Shown here: positions 27,256-35,208 of the stretch, piece after piece
Layout: each line of letters starts with the position of its first letter
Position numbering within the stretch: position 1 is the first letter of the stretch
Virus record (IMG/VR): IMGVR_UViG_3300034103_001120
Coordinates: 1-37,837 of that record
DNA: 37,837 nt
Origin: a virus
Lineage: Duplodnaviria; Caudoviricetes
Direction: 5' to 3' (one strand)
Notes under the pieces: model-generated
Told to the model about the DNA's origin: nothing
What the model saw: only the letters and a program-made list of their open reading frames with translations
Databases searched by the model: none
Program-made: the position numbers and the translations under genes

Positions 27256-27539
27256 GGCTGGGCTCCGGTGGCTTTGGCGATGGCAGCGTCATGAGCGCGA
27301 ATCGACTCTTCGTATTCTTCGTGTGAGCAGCCGTTTTCACGAATCCACGCAAGGCGCCTGCTTGTTTCCAGCAAGTCTGGCGCGGCTGCGATCAAACGGG
27401 CGTTGCTTTCGTTTTCTGTCATCCCGGAGCCGTCACGAACTATTGCTAGGTCATAAGCCCTGTCATTTGCGGTTACGATCCAGCCTCGCGGCGCAGTTGT
27501 CCTAATAGATTCCCACGGCCCCGGTGTGTGTTTGCTCAT
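27252..27539 (-). CDS. Conserved small phage protein (HTPGPW...NARLIAAAPDLL)
   Basis: Widespread phage motif; GGAG SD. Confidence 0.85.
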   Translation of the reverse strand: MSKHTPGPWESIRTTAPRGWIVTANDRAYDLAIVRDGSGMTENESNARLIAAAPDLLETSRRLAWIRENGCSHEEYEESIRAHDAAIAKATGAQP

Positions 27540-27621
27540 TTCGAATCTCCGTCAGTTGGTGTAAGCCATCATGCCACGGGAATCGGGTTTCATTAGCGAC
27601 ACTGGTGGGATAGTGTGTTTC

Positions 27622-28059
27622 TCAGAATGGCGGCAAGTCGTCGTCAAAGTCATCGACAGGAGGCGGGGCACTGGGCCTTGAGGGCTTCTGGCCACCGGGC
27701 TTAGCAGGCTGCCTTTCGCCACTATCCCGGCTCCCGATCATCTGCATATCGTCGGCGATGATGTCGGTGAAATACTTCTCGACGCCGTCCTGACCGGTGT
27801 ATTTGTCGTACCGAATCGAGCCTTCGACGTACACCTGCGAACCCTTTTTTAAATACTCGCCCGCAATCTCCGCAAGCTTGCCAAATAACTTCACCCGGTG
27901 CCATTCGGTGCGCTCTTGCTTGTTGCCGTCTTTGTCCTTCCGTTCGCTGGACGTTGCCAAGCTAATAGAGGTCACGGCCATCCCGCCCTGAGTGTATTTG
28001 GTCTCAGGGTCATTTCCGAGATTGCCGACTAGAATTACTTTGTTTACTCCACGGGCCAT
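27622..28059 (-). CDS. ssb: Single-stranded DNA-binding protein
   Basis: [25 protein letters not shown], acidic DDDLPPF tail; resembles Xanthomonadaceae SSB. Confidence 0.97.
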   Translation of the reverse strand: MARGVNKVILVGNLGNDPETKYTQGGMAVTSISLATSSERKDKDGNKQERTEWHRVKLFGKLAEIAGEYLKKGSQVYVEGSIRYDKYTGQDGVEKYFTDIIADDMQMIGSRDSGERQPAKPGGQKPSRPSAPPPVDDFDDDLPPF

Positions 28060-28061
28060 GT

Positions 28062-28904
28062 TTAACCTTCTTTTTCAAATTTTGGGAGTTTCGTCTTGAT
28101 CACGTCGCGCTCATGAGCGGAGAAAATACCGCCCTTTGTCGGGGCTAGCCACAAATCCATCTGAGCGGCCTGCGGGATGCAAGCCCAAGTTTCGGCAACG
28201 GTGTAAAGTTCGTCGGGGTCTTGCGACGTATCCCAGCGCGCAATGCATTCTTTGATCAGGTCAACCGACGCAAAGTATTGGTCATAGGCCTCATCGTGGC
28301 GAGCCTTTCTGTCGTCTTTAACCGTAAGAAGCGGGATAGTCTCGTTTTCATGGATCACCGTGGCGTCTGCGATCCTCTCCGCCTCGTCCGGCTCGACAAT
28401 CCCAGCGAATCCGAAGGCATAGCGGGCCGCCTGAATCGTGGCCTTGTGGCGGAGCATGCGCGCCGGCCAGCGTTTCCACACGTCTGTTCCACGCAAACAC
28501 TCAGCCATGTATTCGGTGACAATAACGGGATGCGCGCGGTCCTTCCGGAACATCTTGCACGTCACAGAAATCAACGCGCCTTTGTCGTCTGTATTATCAA
28601 CAAACTCCATGCCATCGAATGCTGGATGACCGTTGATCAGCTTGAGCCAGCCATCCACACTGACCACGGGGATAATCCCGCCGTTGGCCGGAAATGCGAA
28701 AATCTCCTTAGTGAACGGGTTAAGCCCGTGTTCTTTCGCAACAAGGCAGAAGGCTGCAACCTGCTCATCGCTAACTTCTTTCCCGCCCATTACGGTCTTT
28801 TTCATGGTCTGGATAAAAGCCCTTTTATCCATCCCATAATTGCCAGCAAGCGAAGCAATGATGCTTGCCCCGGGGTTTTCGCTAATTGGTGCAATGTTGC
28901 TCAT
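28062..28904 (-). CDS. bet: Single-strand annealing recombinase (lambda Red Beta/RecT family)
   Basis: [41 protein letters not shown]...P.RMLRHKA.IQ.AR.AFGF.GI. Confidence 0.93.
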   Translation of the reverse strand: MSNIAPISENPGASIIASLAGNYGMDKRAFIQTMKKTVMGGKEVSDEQVAAFCLVAKEHGLNPFTKEIFAFPANGGIIPVVSVDGWLKLINGHPAFDGMEFVDNTDDKGALISVTCKMFRKDRAHPVIVTEYMAECLRGTDVWKRWPARMLRHKATIQAARYAFGFAGIVEPDEAERIADATVIHENETIPLLTVKDDRKARHDEAYDQYFASVDLIKECIARWDTSQDPDELYTVAETWACIPQAAQMDLWLAPTKGGIFSAHERDVIKTKLPKFEKEG

Positions 28905-28912
28905 TTTCTGGT

Positions 28913-29025
28913 CCTGTCATGTCGGAACAATATTCTGCCATCGCCCCATCTCACAGGACGCGACAGGCTAGATTAGTTGGCCCCGGTGCCGACAGGGGAT
29001 CGGTTCGCTTGGGCTCACCGGGGCC
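28913..29025 (-). promoter_or_regulatory. Structured leader upstream of bet
   Basis: 10-bp stem 28979-28988/29016-29025; stem 28913-28918/28962-28967 covering the AGGA SD. Confidence 0.5.
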
Positions 29026-29032
29026 GTGAAAG

Positions 29033-29476
29033 TTAGTCGTGTGTATCGCAGCATCCGGGGTTGTATGCGCAGTCTAGGCATTCGGGCTGCGTTGACGCGG
29101 CAAGAAGTGCGTCGTATGCGTCTTGCATGTCGTCGTCATCGACTGCGCGAGTTCGCGAAAACCATACTTCGGCAAATGCAATGCTCATCTCAATAGTCAT
29201 CTTGCGTGGCACTAGCTGCCACCCGTCAGGGGCCGAGACCGCCGCCTGTATTGCCGCAATGGCCTCTCGAATCAGGCCAACATCGCAACCCCAAGGCTCA
29301 GCGCGACCGTCGAGACCCACGCCTCCGGGGGTCTGGCACACGTCTTTCAGTCGGACGAGTAGATCGCTTACCGCCTCAGACTTGGGGGCAAACAACGCCT
29401 CCCGCAACTCGTCCCGCTGGCGCTTGATGCAGTTGGGCCGGTCGCAGTAGTACGAGCATGTATGCATGTCAGTCAT
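29033..29476 (-). CDS. Mosaic hypothetical protein (HTCSYYC.RP.CI..QRDELR; PDGWQLVP)
   Basis: Common phage micro-modules. Confidence 0.7.
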   Translation of the reverse strand: MTDMHTCSYYCDRPNCIKRQRDELREALFAPKSEAVSDLLVRLKDVCQTPGGVGLDGRAEPWGCDVGLIREAIAAIQAAVSAPDGWQLVPRKMTIEMSIAFAEVWFSRTRAVDDDDMQDAYDALLAASTQPECLDCAYNPGCCDTHD

Positions 29477-29534
29477 GGCTTTGCCTGTTTTGGTGCAAAC
29501 GAGAATAATAAATCTTCCGGCAAATACTTCAACG

Positions 29535-29753
29535 CTACCGGCGAAACACTCCGTTCCGCTCACTCCACATCACAACGTCGCACGCCTGCGCATACGTCAC
29601 TCGCCCCGGATGCTCGCCGATCAGCCCATAGAGGATTGACATGGCGCTAGCAATCTCTGTCGTCTCGTCTGCGACGACGCTGCGGGACTCGCCTGCGTTG
29701 ATGAGGGTTGCGGCTAGGTGGGCCTTGACGGCCTTTAGGTTCGGTCTGGTCAT
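29535..29753 (-). CDS. Hypothetical protein
   Basis: ATGA coupling with the HNH gene. Confidence 0.55.
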   Translation of the reverse strand: MTRPNLKAVKAHLAATLINAGESRSVVADETTEIASAMSILYGLIGEHPGRVTYAQACDVVMWSERNGVFRR

Positions 29754-30256
29754 GGCTTCCCACCATTTTTGTTTGCGAATGGGTGCAGCTGTGTTTTTGC
29801 TCTAGCTCTGACTTGTGCGGCAGTTTCCAAGCAGTCAAACATCCCAAGATGGTGACGTTTACCGTTTACCCTAATGTGGGCTTCCCATTTGTTGCTTTGC
29901 CTATTCCAAGAAACGCCGATGTGTCCAGACGTATTGTTCTTGTTGCCAAAACGGTTTTGATGGTTTTCTGCGTTCGTCGCTTCGCGAAGATTAACAATTC
30001 TGTTGTCGTCTCGGATGCCGTTTATGTGATCGATTTGATTAACGGGCCAAGCGCCATGATGCAAAAGCCAAGCAACACGATGCGCTTTATACTGCTTGCA
30101 GTTCATCCGGATAAATGCATACCCACATGGCCCTGTCCATCCTGCCCTCATTCCTGCTACGGCACCGCCGCCACTTTTCTTATGAACGATTAGACCTGAA
30201 TCTGCGTTATAGCTGAACCGGTCTTGGAATTGCTCTAGAGTTGGCTTATCGCTCAT
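29750..30256 (-). CDS. HNH endonuclease with C-terminal AP2-like DNA-binding domain
   Basis: AHRVAW, IDHINGIRDDNRIVNLR, NTSGHIGVSW....KW.A.I. Confidence 0.92.
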   Translation of the reverse strand: MSDKPTLEQFQDRFSYNADSGLIVHKKSGGGAVAGMRAGWTGPCGYAFIRMNCKQYKAHRVAWLLHHGAWPVNQIDHINGIRDDNRIVNLREATNAENHQNRFGNKNNTSGHIGVSWNRQSNKWEAHIRVNGKRHHLGMFDCLETAAQVRARAKTQLHPFANKNGGKP

Positions 30257-30444
30257 TTCTCATCCCTCGGTTCGTAGTATCGGCCGGCAGGGCCGCAGTT
30301 TTGGTTTCTAGCGATGCTCGGCAGCGCTGAGTCGGTGTCCGGCGAGTCGCACAGGTCAACGACTCGCGTTGCGCCGCTGATCCTCAGCGTACCTTCGCGG
30401 CACCATCGGCAGCTTCTGCAATCCGGAGCCTTGTCGATGGTCAT
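30253..30444 (-). CDS. Small Cys-rich protein
   Basis: C..C.WC ... C ... CGP.GRYYE. Confidence 0.7.
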   Translation of the reverse strand: MTIDKAPDCRSCRWCREGTLRISGATRVVDLCDSPDTDSALPSIARNQNCGPAGRYYEPRDEK

Positions 30445-30620
30445 GGCTTTGAATCACTCTTGAGGGCATTGATCAGTTCTCGAAAAGCCACGTCGTACGC
30501 TTCACCCTCCGCGTACTCGCCGCGATCGGCGGCGCGGTCCCACTTCCTCCGGCTGCTGGGGTACAGGCAGCGAATGGCGAACGCAACCAGCAAGATCACC
30601 GCTTTCTCTTTCGTGGTCAT
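30441..30620 (-). CDS. Hypothetical protein
   Basis: TAATG/ATGA coupling. Confidence 0.55.
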   Translation of the reverse strand: MTTKEKAVILLVAFAIRCLYPSSRRKWDRAADRGEYAEGEAYDVAFRELINALKSDSKP

Positions 30621-30808
30621 TAGAACGTCACTCCGTAGGGTTGGGCCTCGACGCCGTACACGCTGGCGCATTGGCGTTCGATGGATGCCCAGCTTTCACT
30701 GGCGGCGATGCCTCTGTCGATGGCGTACGGCGCGGTCTCGTGCTCCGCCCACACCAGACGGCAGCGCTTGCCGATGCGGGCGACGTAGGGGCGGGTTTCG
30801 GTGGTCAT
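30620..30808 (-). CDS. Hypothetical protein
   Basis: Coupled ORF MTTETRPYVA... Confidence 0.6.
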   Translation of the reverse strand: MTTETRPYVARIGKRCRLVWAEHETAPYAIDRGIAASESWASIERQCASVYGVEAQPYGVTF

Positions 30809-31104
30809 GGCGCACCCACCTTGCGGCACGCGGCCAGTGCGGACGCCCGTCGATCACAGGCCCATTGATGCCGAGTCAGAGCGCGCATGTAAAGCTCGTC
30901 GTCATCGTCTGCATTCTCTTGGGCCGATAGTTCGATCCACGCCGCGTCATATTCCTCGTCCGCCGCGATAAGCTCCCTCAGCGCTGTGATGCCCTGCCCG
31001 GCGTCCTTCAGCATACTTCGTGTGATCTCCTCGCCGTTGTCGTAGCGCCAGACTATGGTCTCAACCGCATCAACTGCGGCACCGGCGGTCAGTCCAGTGT
31101 TCAT
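30805..31104 (-). CDS. Hypothetical helical protein
   Basis: GGGGAG SD; ELIAADEEYD motif. Confidence 0.7.
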   Translation of the reverse strand: MNTGLTAGAAVDAVETIVWRYDNGEEITRSMLKDAGQGITALRELIAADEEYDAAWIELSAQENADDDDELYMRALTRHQWACDRRASALAACRKVGAP

Positions 31105-31355
31105 TTCTCCCCCTTCATGCGGGCGTGTGCCAGTGCGTGACGCTTCTCCGCACGTCCAACCGCGGCGACTGCCGATTCAATGCCCCACTTTGTTTCTTGG
31201 GCAAGCGCCTCCCTCGCTGAGATCAGCTCATCATTAGCCGCGATGTACTCGGCCAAGTCCGCGACAGCGCTGGCAATCTCGCCGTCGAACTCATACTCTG
31301 TGACATGGGCTTGCAGTACCGACAGCGCCCCGCCCCGCTGCTGGTCGGGCCTCAT
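31101..31355 (-). CDS. Hypothetical helical protein
   Basis: ATGA coupling; similar in style to 30805-31104. Confidence 0.65.
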   Translation of the reverse strand: MRPDQQRGGALSVLQAHVTEYEFDGEIASAVADLAEYIAANDELISAREALAQETKWGIESAVAAVGRAEKRHALAHARMKGEK

Positions 31356-31582
31356 GCTGCACCGCCTTCGTCGAACTGTGCGAGTGTTGCTTTCAGGTGG
31401 TCCCAGCGGGCGCACTCGGCGTCCCATGCGGCCTGAAACTTTGCGCTGCACTTTGAGCCATTCGCGACAAACTGATTCAGGTATGAGTTGCAGCGGGTTT
31501 CGCAGCTGCGGAGCATACGGGCGACTTCCTTGCGGCCGAAGCCTTTGGCGGCGAGTTCGACTTTCGTAAAAATCTGATACAT
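31352..31582 (-). CDS. Hypothetical protein, first gene of the leftward arm
   Basis: AAGGAG SD before ATG 31582. Confidence 0.7.
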   Translation of the reverse strand: MYQIFTKVELAAKGFGRKEVARMLRSCETRCNSYLNQFVANGSKCSAKFQAAWDAECARWDHLKATLAQFDEGGAA

Positions 31583-31633
31583 CTTCGTCTCCTTGCCCCT
31601 AACCGTTATCGGCTTGTCGCGGGGCATGGGCTC

Positions 31634-31661
31634 AGATTACTCCGTCTAGCCTGCAGATCAA
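31634..31661 (-). promoter_or_regulatory. Leftward early promoter TTGATC-N16-TAATCT
   Basis: Same -35 box and spacing as the promoter at 458-485; in the divergent intergenic region. Confidence 0.6.
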
Positions 31662-31697
31662 TCCTATTCTGCGGAACTCACTGTTCTATCCATGGCG

Positions 31698-31726
31698 TTT
31701 ATCTGCCGGCCCTGTCCTGCTAGGAT
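31698..31726 (+). promoter_or_regulatory. Rightward promoter TTTATC-N17-TAGGAT with extended -10 TG
   Basis: TGC-TAGGAT lies 6 nt before ATG 31733, consistent with a leaderless transcript. Confidence 0.5.
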
Positions 31727-31732
31727 CGCCAC

Positions 31733-31954
31733 ATGTCCAAACCATTGAACCGAAAGCGGAACCGATCCGCACTAGCCCATATCCTGATCGATCTAGAGCC
31801 CGGCGACTCGATCCATACTCGTCTGCACAAGGCAACGATTGACCGGGTATTGTCCGAACTGAGCGATGCGGGATATTCGTTCAGACCTGAGAAGTCAACA
31901 ACGGGCTACAGGCTATTTTGCCAGTCTGTGCCGAAAGGAGGAAATAATGAGTAG
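31733..31954 (+). CDS. Small basic putative DNA-binding protein
   Basis: Basic N-terminus, LEPGDS motif; first gene of the rightward arm. Confidence 0.6.
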   Translation: MSKPLNRKRNRSALAHILIDLEPGDSIHTRLHKATIDRVLSELSDAGYSFRPEKSTTGYRLFCQSVPKGGNNE

Positions 31955-32198
31955 TGATGAAAAGACTAAAGAAGTTGATGCGTTTTCGGATTGGCTCGCC
32001 CGCGAGATGCCCGGCGGAACTGTGATTGGCGACCCGAGGTGGTGGGCTTCTCGAATATTTAATCGCCTGTGCCCTGAAGTGACCGATGAGATGGTGCAGA
32101 GGGCCGCAATTGCAATTAGTGGCTCCCCGATTTCATCCTCAAGCATAGACAAAGCCAGAGCCGCCCTCACCGCCGCCCTAGAAGGGAGCCAGAAATGA
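31947..32198 (+). CDS. Hypothetical protein
   Basis: AGGAGG SD; WL..EMP.GTVIGDP.WWA and VTDEMV.RA...ARAALTAAL modules. Confidence 0.75.
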   Translation: MSSDEKTKEVDAFSDWLAREMPGGTVIGDPRWWASRIFNRLCPEVTDEMVQRAAIAISGSPISSSSIDKARAALTAALEGSQK

Positions 32199-32518
32199 TC
32201 AAGCCAACTCCGCGTAAACCGGAGGTTTTTGCCTATTCTGCTGTTGATGCAACCGGATCAAAAGCCGCCAAAACCTTATTCAAAAACGCATTCAACACCT
32301 ACCACGCCACAGGCCTGCTGCCGAGCGAGCTTGCGGCGCAGCGGGATCAGCTGCTGGCGGCGCTCACTTTCTTGGCGGCTTTCCCTCTTGAAGAGTTTGC
32401 AATGGAGGACAAGCCGGACGACAGGACATTAACTGGCTTTAATGAATGGCATTTGACAGTGGGCGACATACGTCGCGCTCGGGTAGCCATCACCAACGCA
32501 AAAGGGAAAACAGAATGA
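32195..32518 (+). CDS. Hypothetical protein
   Basis: ATGA coupling; QRDQLLAAL. Confidence 0.7.
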   Translation: MIKPTPRKPEVFAYSAVDATGSKAAKTLFKNAFNTYHATGLLPSELAAQRDQLLAALTFLAAFPLEEFAMEDKPDDRTLTGFNEWHLTVGDIRRARVAITNAKGKTE

Positions 32519-32742
32519 AACTCTACCCATGGCCCGACATGCAGATCGGCGAGACCCGCGAGATTGTGAGCGACAAACCGATTGCATGCGTCCGCGCATC
32601 CCGGAGCATGTGGGCTGCGAAGCCGAAGAACAGGAACGACGACGGGAGCCGGAAGAAGTTCACGATCACGTACCGGAAAACGGTCGGCGAGGATGGATCG
32701 GACAAGCGCTGGCATATCTACGACGCGGAGCGTATCGCATGA
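32515..32742 (+). CDS. Small putative DNA-binding protein (YPW..M.IGE)
   Basis: Motif resembles small phage YP[FW]..M..G[DE] proteins; basic. Confidence 0.6.
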   Translation: MKLYPWPDMQIGETREIVSDKPIACVRASRSMWAAKPKNRNDDGSRKKFTITYRKTVGEDGSDKRWHIYDAERIA

Positions 32743-32999
32743 GCTTTGAAATCAGTTTGCCCGTTAAGATTGATGCGAATCAAATCGCGGGCAGTGTTTG
32801 CACGCGCAGGGATCGCGACGAAGTTTTGGATTTTATCCTAGCAATTGACCTTGCTATTGCGGATGTCGGATTCACGGAGCAGCTTATCAAGCGCTTGTGC
32901 GCCAGCATCAAAGGCGACCTCGGAGAAGAGGAATATAACGCTCTTATTGATGAGCTTAAACAGCCCCCGCCTAGACGCCCCGGCGCGACCGTGTTATGA
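32739..32999 (+). CDS. Hypothetical protein
   Basis: ATGA coupling. Confidence 0.65.
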   Translation: MSFEISLPVKIDANQIAGSVCTRRDRDEVLDFILAIDLAIADVGFTEQLIKRLCASIKGDLGEEEYNALIDELKQPPPRRPGATVL

Positions 33000-33000
33000 T
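32972..33000 (+). promoter_or_regulatory. Sigma70-type promoter TAGACG-N17-TATGAT with extended -10 TG
   Basis: Good consensus match upstream of the ProQ/replication genes. Confidence 0.65.
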
Positions 33001-33096
33001 CCACTCGCCCCTCACCCGGAAGTCATGAGCCGGGGACATGCCGAACCTCTGCCGGTCGGGGCCATATTTCAGCAGAGACGACGCAGAGGATCGCTA

Positions 33097-33381
33097 ATGG
33101 ACGCAATCCGTCCCATCAAGAAAGCCCAGATCGGGGCATATCTCGCCGATCAATATCCGCACCTCTTCATACTCCCGGTTCCGCTCAAGGTCGGCATCTA
33201 TCGTGACCTTATGGCCGTTCCGGAGAGGCCCTACGGCGGCCGTACGCTGCAATCCTTCCTACACAAGTGGACCCGCTCCGACGCTTACTGCGCCGCTGTA
33301 GAGCGCGGCCGGTGCCGTTATGGGCTGGATGGGTCTATGCATCCGATGGTGTATTCGACATCGCGCCGGGGCTGCAAGTGA
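33097..33381 (+). CDS. ProQ/FinO-domain RNA chaperone
   Basis: L...YP.LF....PLKVGIY.DL ... L..WT.S..Y..AV..G..RYGLDG, the FinO-domain signature. Confidence 0.87.
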   Translation: MDAIRPIKKAQIGAYLADQYPHLFILPVPLKVGIYRDLMAVPERPYGGRTLQSFLHKWTRSDAYCAAVERGRCRYGLDGSMHPMVYSTSRRGCK

Positions 33382-33391
33382 GGTTCGGGAA

Positions 33392-34423
33392 ATGACTGAT
33401 GCCCGAATGTCAATCAACCTCCCCGGCCATCCCAAGATGAAGAGGGTAATCCGTTCGCTTGGGGACTCAGGCGCATGGCATGTCGTCAAGCTGTTCCTGT
33501 GGGTAGCGGGTAACAGGCCGGACGGCGACCTTTCCGGAATGTCGGCGGATGACATCGAGCTGTCTATTGACTGGACGGGGGCGCAAGGCGGATTTGTGAG
33601 TGAGCTTGTGGCCGTTCGTTTCTTAGACGAAACCGATTCCGGATATTGCGTCCACGATTGGGAAGAGCATAACCCATGGGCCGCCGGTACGGAGATGCGT
33701 GCAGAAAAGGCGAAGTTTAACGCTTTTTGCAAACATTACGGACGTGAAGAGGCTGCTAAGCGCATGCCAGAATATGCCTCTCGCATAGGAATTGCATGCA
33801 CGCAGCATGCTACTAGCATGCGCGATACGAAACCTAGCAATGCTCCGTCTCCGTCTCCGTCTCCGTCTCCGTCTCCGTCTCCGTCTCCGTCTCCGTCTCC
33901 GTCTCCGTCTCCGTCTCCTAAAGAGCTTAAGCGCTCGCGAGGCTCGCGCCTGCCCACAGACTGGAAGCCAGATGCATCTCTGATTTCTTGGGCTGGCTCC
34001 GAACGCCCGGACGTTGACCTGAGAGCCGAGGTCCAGAAGTTCCGGGACTACTGGTCCGCAAAGGCTGGGAAGGACGGGGCGAAGCTAGATTGGGCGGCGA
34101 CCTTCCGGAACTGGATCAGGAACGCGCGAGGTAGTCCCGGCATCACGAAAAGCAAGACAACCCAATTCTTCGAAGAGCAGGTAGGGCAGATCAATGAACA
34201 CATGGCTGCACATGGAAATCAAAACGGGCCTGTTGGCGCTGGCCTCCCTCAACTTGGAACGTACACCGCCCAGAGAGGCGCAGGCGTTCGAGGTAGTGGT
34301 GAATGCTTGGGCCTCGGGGTTGATGCAGGATCGGGTATGGGACGCGCAGCGAGATATCCCGAGGCTTCGGACGGCATTTTCGCGCATGTTGACGGCTTGC
34401 CGGGCATGGCCGAGCCCTCGTGA
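33392..34423 (+). CDS. Replication initiator (lambda O-like position) with PS linker
   Basis: HPK....., LFLW......DG.L, HDWEEHN; C-terminal GSRLP.DW.P, FRDYW, DW.ATFRNWIR. Confidence 0.85.
   Translation: MTDARMSINLPGHPKMKRVIRSLGDSGAWHVVKLFLWVAGNRPDGDLSGMSADDIELSIDWTGAQGGFVSELVAVRFLDETDSGYCVHDWEEHNPWAAGTEMRAEKAKFNAFCKHYGREEAAKRMPEYASRIGIACTQHATSMRDTKPSNAPSPSPSPSPSPSPSPSPSPSPSPSPKELKRSRGSRLPTDWKPDASLISWAGSERPDVDLRAEVQKFRDYWSAKAGKDGAKLDWAATFRNWIRNARGSPGITKSKTTQFFEEQVGQINEHMAAHGNQNGPVGAGLPQLGTYTAQRGAGVRGSGECLGLGVDAGSGMGRAARYPEASDGIFAHVDGLPGMAEPS
33845..33916 (+). repeat. (CCGTCT)12 perfect hexamer microsatellite encoding (Pro-Ser)12
   Basis: Counted directly. Confidence 0.95.
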
Positions 34424-34646
34424 GTTTCTGGACTACATCCCCCCTGCCGAACAGAAACAGATCGCTTACAAACCGACACCGGCTAACCCAGCGAAGGTTC
34501 AGGCCATCATGAACCAGCTTGCTCGCGAGCTTGGGATTGAACACCGGATGGATTTTGAGAAGCCGGACGTTGCGAAGGCTGAGGACGAATTGAAGCGGCA
34601 TTATTCGGACGCCAAGACACGGGCAGCAGGGGGAAACGATGATTGA
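34194..34646 (+). CDS. Hypothetical protein, helicase loader/inhibitor position
   Basis: W...L...W....D..R...AF........WP.P.EF pattern seen downstream of phage initiators. Confidence 0.65.
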   Translation: MNTWLHMEIKTGLLALASLNLERTPPREAQAFEVVVNAWASGLMQDRVWDAQRDIPRLRTAFSRMLTACRAWPSPREFLDYIPPAEQKQIAYKPTPANPAKVQAIMNQLARELGIEHRMDFEKPDVAKAEDELKRHYSDAKTRAAGGNDD

Positions 34647-34785
34647 GGCTAGCGCGCAATCTGTCCTCCCGTTCGTGATCGCGAGGTGCAGCCCATCGGA
34701 AATTGCCGAATGGTTTTCGATCGATGAGTTTTGGGCTCGCTACCTCGTCTTCAAAGCAAAGCGTCTTCACTTAGCTAAAGGGTAA
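34639..34785 (+). CDS. 48-aa hypothetical protein
   Basis: Manual translation MIEASAQSVLPF...HLAKG*; fills the gap; G-rich SD. Confidence 0.45.
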   Translation: MIEASAQSVLPFVIARCSPSEIAEWFSIDEFWARYLVFKAKRLHLAKG

Positions 34786-34788
34786 TTT

Positions 34789-35067
34789 ATGAACGATCAA
34801 CCGATGATTCCAATGACCGGCGATGGTGTTGTCGTCGATATCAGCGGCCTTTCAAAGCCCGAGAGGATCAAGCCAATCATTCGCCGATGCGCTCAATACA
34901 TCGATGCGATGGGGTATGCAAAAAAGCACGTCGAAGTTATTACGCTTTCCAGCGGCGACTACAGTTCGATATTCAAGATCATGGCTGACGCCGCAAAGAA
35001 AGAAAGTCGGCCTCCGGTTGTTGGACTTCGTTTCCGTGAAATCCCCGTGAAGAGTGCAAACACATGA
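34789..35067 (+). CDS. Hypothetical protein
   Basis: ORF in the operon chain. Confidence 0.65.
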   Translation: MNDQPMIPMTGDGVVVDISGLSKPERIKPIIRRCAQYIDAMGYAKKHVEVITLSSGDYSSIFKIMADAAKKESRPPVVGLRFREIPVKSANT

Positions 35068-35207
35068 ATGACTATGACCCGATGATTGCAAACGCGAAGC
35101 CGCACGAATTGATTAGGATCGTTGACAGGAAGTCTGACGCTTCGCAGCTTGAAAGAGCATTGTCAAATGCGTTGCAGGATGCGTTAGAAGAATTGGAGCA
35201 AATCTGA
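35064..35207 (+). CDS. 47-aa hypothetical protein
   Basis: Manual translation MNDYDPMIANAK...LEELEQI*; ATGA coupled. Confidence 0.55.
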   Translation: MNDYDPMIANAKPHELIRIVDRKSDASQLERALSNALQDALEELEQI

Positions 35208-35208
35208 C

